This document shows, piece by piece, positions 60,192 through 64,000 of a stretch of 64,000 bases of DNA. The notes below the pieces were generated by a model. That model did not search any database, was not told the DNA's origin, and was given only the letters and a program-made list of their open reading frames with translations. The position numbers were made by a program, and so were the translations under genes. Position 1 is the stretch's first letter. Every line of letters starts with the position of its first letter. Location: contig KV454014.1 of assembly GCA_001661245.1 (NCBI GenBank), positions 898,892 through 962,891 of the forward strand, written 5' to 3'. This DNA comes from Pachysolen tannophilus NRRL Y-2460. Its lineage: Eukaryota.

Positions 60192-60620
60192 NNNNNNNNN
60201 NNNNNNNNNNNNNNNNNNNNNNNNNNNNNNNNNNNNNNNNNNNNNNNNNNNNNNNNNNNNNNNNNNNNNNNNNNNNNNNNNNNNNNNNNNNNNNNNNNNN
60301 NNNNNNNNNNNNNNNNNNNNNNNNNNNNNNNNNNNNNNNNNNNNNNNNNNNNNNNNNNNNNNNNNNNNNNNNNNNNNNNNNNNNNNNNNNNNNNNNNNNN
60401 NNNNNNNNNNNNNNNNNNNNNNNNNNNNNNNNNNNNNNNNNNNNNNNNNNNNNNNNNNNNNNNNNNNNNNNNNNNNNNNNNNNNNNNNNNNNNNNNNNNN
60501 NNNNNNNNNNNNNNNNNNNNNNNNNNNNNNNNNNNNNNNNNNNNNNNNNNNNNNNNNNNNNNNNNNNNNNNNNNNNNNNNNNNNNNNNNNNNNNNNNNNN
60601 NNNNNNNNNNNNNNNNNNNN
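60192..60620. other. Assembly gap (N run) flanked by poly(T)
   Basis: Ns seen directly. Confidence 0.99.
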
Positions 60621-60688
60621 TTTGTTTTTTTTNTTGTTGCATTATTTTCTTCTTAAGAGAATTTTATTCCTATGCTTGATATCATCAT

Positions 60689-62486
60689 ATGTTTCGTCAA
60701 CTGAACGCTTCTAGTGAACAATTTAAATCATTTTCAAATCATAATAGTAATATCAAGTATTTATCAAATTCAGTATCTTACAAAACAGCAACAACAACAA
60801 CAACTATGATTACATCGACTACTTCAAATCAAGATCCTTTATTGCAGCCGCCGCACATACCAACTACTATTAACAATACAAGCAGTAGTTTGCAGAGGCC
60901 TTCTTCAAGATCTAGAATTTCTTCAATTGGTACTTTATTAGGTGATAGAGGTACTTTAATGAATAATAACAATGGTTCATCAACTTATCTCGGTAATGAG
61001 AATGGTAAAGTTACCGCTATCAAGAAAATTGCTAAAGCATATATAGCAAAAAATTTGGCACCTTCATGGAGTGAATCTAATAATAGTGATTATGTGATGG
61101 CTAGTGTAGATAGTGGTACTAAAACTACCACTGCACCAACTTATAAAGTTGAAAGCGGTATAGATCATACACAGAAAAGAAGTCATAAGTCAAGAAAGCA
61201 TTCTTTTTCAAATACTAAAACAACTCCTAGTGTTAATAATACCAATAGTGCCACAATTGTTGGTAATTTCAATTCTGTTTTCAATGACTCTGCTTCTAAG
61301 AATTCTCATAGTAGATCTGAGAAAAATACACCATCGAATACTTTGAAACATAATAATAAAAAATATATAAATCGTGGTATTTCAAATGAACATTTGAATG
61401 ATTTAGTGGTTCCAAAGACCGATAATACTATTAATAATAATGGAAATGGAAATAATAATCCAGTAGTTAAGGAAATGTATGACATTCAAGTTGCAAATGT
61501 GAGTGATAATAAACATTCAAAGAATGAGGAAAATATGGAAGAAGCAACAAATCAACAATTGAAAGAAAGTTCTTTAAAATTAAGAAAAAACAAATCTAGA
61601 TCACAATTAAGGAAAAATGATAATGTTAGTAATATTGTTGAATTAGAAGGTAATTACTACCCACTTTTGTTACATCTACAAAAAACATACTTTTTTTATT
61701 TTTTTTAAATTATTATTATTATTCTTTATATAATTCTAACATTTTATTTCAATTTCAGCTTCGACAATACCACCTTCATTCAATAAGGAGAAAAGAATCG
61801 TTGTATTGAAAGGTTTCCCTAGTAATACTGTTATTAGTTTAACTAGTATATTGGCACAAGTTTGTGGAGGTCCTCTAGAGTGTATTAACGTTTATGGAAA
61901 TCATTCTTTGAGCAGTTATCATGACCAACATTTTAATTGGGATCAAAAACAGTTGGAATTGTCATTTTTAAGATATAGAGATGCAGAAAAGTTTATGGAG
62001 TATGCGACAACTGGAATGTTTATCGTTAATGGATATCATATTCAACCATCATGGGCAAATAGTAATGTCTTAAATATTGAAGATTCAAACTATTTTCATC
62101 AACCTGTTCCACTGTTTTTAGGAAACGAGATGGAATTAAATGGTGCCAGAAGATCTTTGATATTGAAAAAACAAATCAATGCAAGCAGATCAATTAGATC
62201 AAAGACAAGTCCAAAATATAGACATTTCCCATCTCCAAAATCTCACTTGTCAGAATTTGATTGTGAAGAAACTAGAAGAATTTTCAGTAAATATGGAGAA
62301 ATTGTTGATATTGCTCCCGTTATTTCAAGAAAATTATGCTTTTCTGTTCATTACTTTGACGTTAGAGGATCGATTTCTGCTAAAATCGATTTGGAAACAC
62401 CAGGATCTGAATTGTATAACAAGTACAGTGAATGGACTGTTTGGTATGGTAAAGATCCATGTGATAGACCATGTTTTGCCTTATGA
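60689..62486 (+). CDS. SSP2: Sporulation-specific Ssp2-like protein (RRM-like Smk1 MAPK activator). Exons 60689-61649 and 61759-62486, about 562 aa
   Basis: Exon 2 has QVCGGPLE, PVISRKLCFSVHYFD and LYNKYSEWTVWYGKDPCDRPC, resembling the Ssp2 C-terminus as recalled. The intron joins the two ORF-track ORFs in frame. Confidence 0.8.
61650..61758 (+). other. Spliceosomal intron (109 nt, phase 1) with weak signals
   Basis: GTAATT donor, TTCTAAC branch point at 61734-61740, CAG acceptor at 61756-61758. The junction codon G|CT restores the frame. Confidence 0.75.
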
Positions 62487-62679
62487 CAAGATTTGCTTTT
62501 TTTTTTTTAATTGTGTGTTTTTTTTTTAATTTGTTTTTGTTTTGTTTTGTTTTACTTTTCATTTGCTTCTGATCCGGAGATGAGCTTTTGAAGAATAGGT
62601 ATTTAAATATTATATATATGAATTTGATAAATATAGGAATACTTAGTTAGAGGAAGACAATCAATGATAATCCATGTTT

Positions 62680-63033
62680 TCAAAATGAAGAAGGTTTGAA
62701 TTGTTGGGAACTATTCCCACCATGACTAATATCGCAAAACAGCTTCAACGTCAATTCAGGTTTTTCCTTTTCACCTAACCCAATATTTTTCAAGATATTA
62801 TCATATTCCAGTTCAATATCAGCTATAATCTTATCTGTTATTTGACTAACCTGAAATTCTTTTGCATTTATCTGTAACCTATTAACGATTAAATTATGTA
62901 AATATAACCTATCACCAGCAGTTATTCTATATTCAGCATTATCCACAGTTGTCAACTTCTCTATCACTACTGGCCTCAATATATTAGATATCCTCTCTTC
63001 CAACAATTCATCGGTTTCTATTAATTCATTCAT
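62680..63033 (-). CDS. Small hypothetical protein (117 aa), divergent from RAD53
   Basis: ATG ORF MNELIETDELLEER... with protein-like composition. No family recognised, and the true start is uncertain. Confidence 0.45.
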   Translation of the reverse strand: MNELIETDELLEERISNILRPVVIEKLTTVDNAEYRITAGDRLYLHNLIVNRLQINAKEFQVSQITDKIIADIELEYDNILKNIGLGEKEKPELTLKLFCDISHGGNSSQQFKPSSF

Positions 63034-63094
63034 ATTCTTTTTTTGCAAACTCTCTTTTATATGATGATGTATTTGGTAATATTTTAGCAGCCTG

Positions 63095-63100
63095 ACGCGT
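63095..63100. promoter_or_regulatory. MCB element upstream of RAD53
   Basis: ACGCGT about 150 bp upstream of the RAD53 ATG. Confidence 0.65.
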
Positions 63101-63247
63101 TTTTATTTTCACAAAAAAATTTTAATTAAAATTGAGATCACCACCACCAAAAATACCAACTCAAGAAGTTAAGAAAAAAGCATCCGAATTCGACGGGATT
63201 CTTTGATATAGGCTGTCAGCGTGCTCTGAACAGCATCAGTATTTCAA

Positions 63248-64000
63248 ATGGAGAAGTCATCTCCTTATTGTAACAAGCAAGCTCAGCCCACGCAGCCAAC
63301 ACAACCAACACAACCGACTCAGAAATCTTGTAATGGTATAGTAATTGAGAATAATATTAATTCTTTATCGGAAAATACGATATGTCGGTTGATATGTACA
63401 ACAGAGGTGATCAAGGAGAAGTATTTAGATTTGCAACTGAAACCTCTGGGTTCTAAGCTAGAATGGGTGTTTGGTAGGAATCTGAATTATTGTGATTTTG
63501 TATTGACTAATAGATCAAATAGAATAAGTAATAAGCATTTTAAGATTTGGTATAACAATAAGAGTGGGAATGATAATTTAATGGTTCAGGACTTGTCAAC
63601 AAATGGTACTTATTTGAATAATTCTAGGTTGGTTAAAAATAATAATTATATATTAACTCAAGGAGATGAGATTTCTGTTGGTAATGGTGTACCCGAAGAT
63701 GTTATCACTTATATAGTTGTTTTCCCCAAGGCATTCGATGGTTTCCAAAAACTGGGGAATAACAATGGTAAAAGTATTGGAATTCATTTGGATTTCCATA
63801 TTAAGGACGAAGTTGTTGGATCTGGAGCGTTTGCAACGGTTAAAAAGGCAATTGAACGCAAGACGGGAGATACTTATGCAGTTAAGATAATATCCAAGAG
63901 AAAAGCAATGACTGGAGGACTTGATGGTGTTACTAGAGAATTGGATATCTTGAGAAAATTGAAACATCCAGGAATTGTTCGATTGAAAGCTTATTATGAA
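63248..64000 (+). CDS. RAD53: Checkpoint kinase Rad53, 5' part (absent from the ORF track because it runs off the window)
   Basis: Manual translation gives a TQPTQPTQPTQ SCD, ICRLICTT, an FHA domain (WVFGR, RISNKHF, DLSTNGTYLN), and the kinase start GSGAFATVKKAIERKTGDTYAVKII. Confidence 0.94.
   Translation, partial: MEKSSPYCNKQAQPTQPTQPTQPTQKSCNGIVIENNINSLSENTICRLICTTEVIKEKYLDLQLKPLGSKLEWVFGRNLNYCDFVLTNRSNRISNKHFKIWYNNKSGNDNLMVQDLSTNGTYLNNSRLVKNNNYILTQGDEISVGNGVPEDVITYIVVFPKAFDGFQKLGNNNGKSIGIHLDFHIKDEVVGSGAFATVKKAIERKTGDTYAVKIISKRKAMTGGLDGVTRELDILRKLKHPGIVRLKAYYE

Noticed and set aside
1..64000. CRISPR arrays, transposons/LTRs, rRNA
   Set aside because: No repeat-spacer arrays, gag/pol or transposase ORFs, or rRNA motifs were seen.

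Overview
This is an AT-rich budding-yeast (Saccharomycotina) nuclear scaffold with about 26 protein genes, one tRNA-Ile(AAT), three predicted spliceosomal introns and four N-gaps. Recognisable genes are VPS62, a KpsF/SIS isomerase-like gene, BRN1, YME1, a hot-dog thioesterase, a CST6/RCA1-type bZIP, a fused pseudouridine glycosidase/kinase, SPO73, PRI2, YET/BAP31, RRP5, ETP1, GCS1, SPS19, PSY2, NNR1, SHS1, mitochondrial ClpP, the SEC31 5' part, WHI3, PRP46, PUS7, SSP2 and the RAD53 5' part. The strongest window-wide signal is a non-standard genetic code. In-frame CTG codons fall at positions where homologues have alanine, and they form QAQA-type and poly-Ala-type tracts, so CUG is most likely read as Ala (as in the Pachysolen/Nakazawaea/Peterozyma clade). 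The supplied ORF track therefore mistranslates these codons as Leu. Other points worth a look: a stop-containing intron at the domain junction of the pseudouridine-catabolism fusion, a weak-signal intron in meiotic SSP2, a retained ClpP, a GC-rich structured island at 48.1-48.5 kb, a PUS7 frameshift in an A11 run, and a truncated SEC31 at a small gap. All homologue comparisons are from memory, not from searches.
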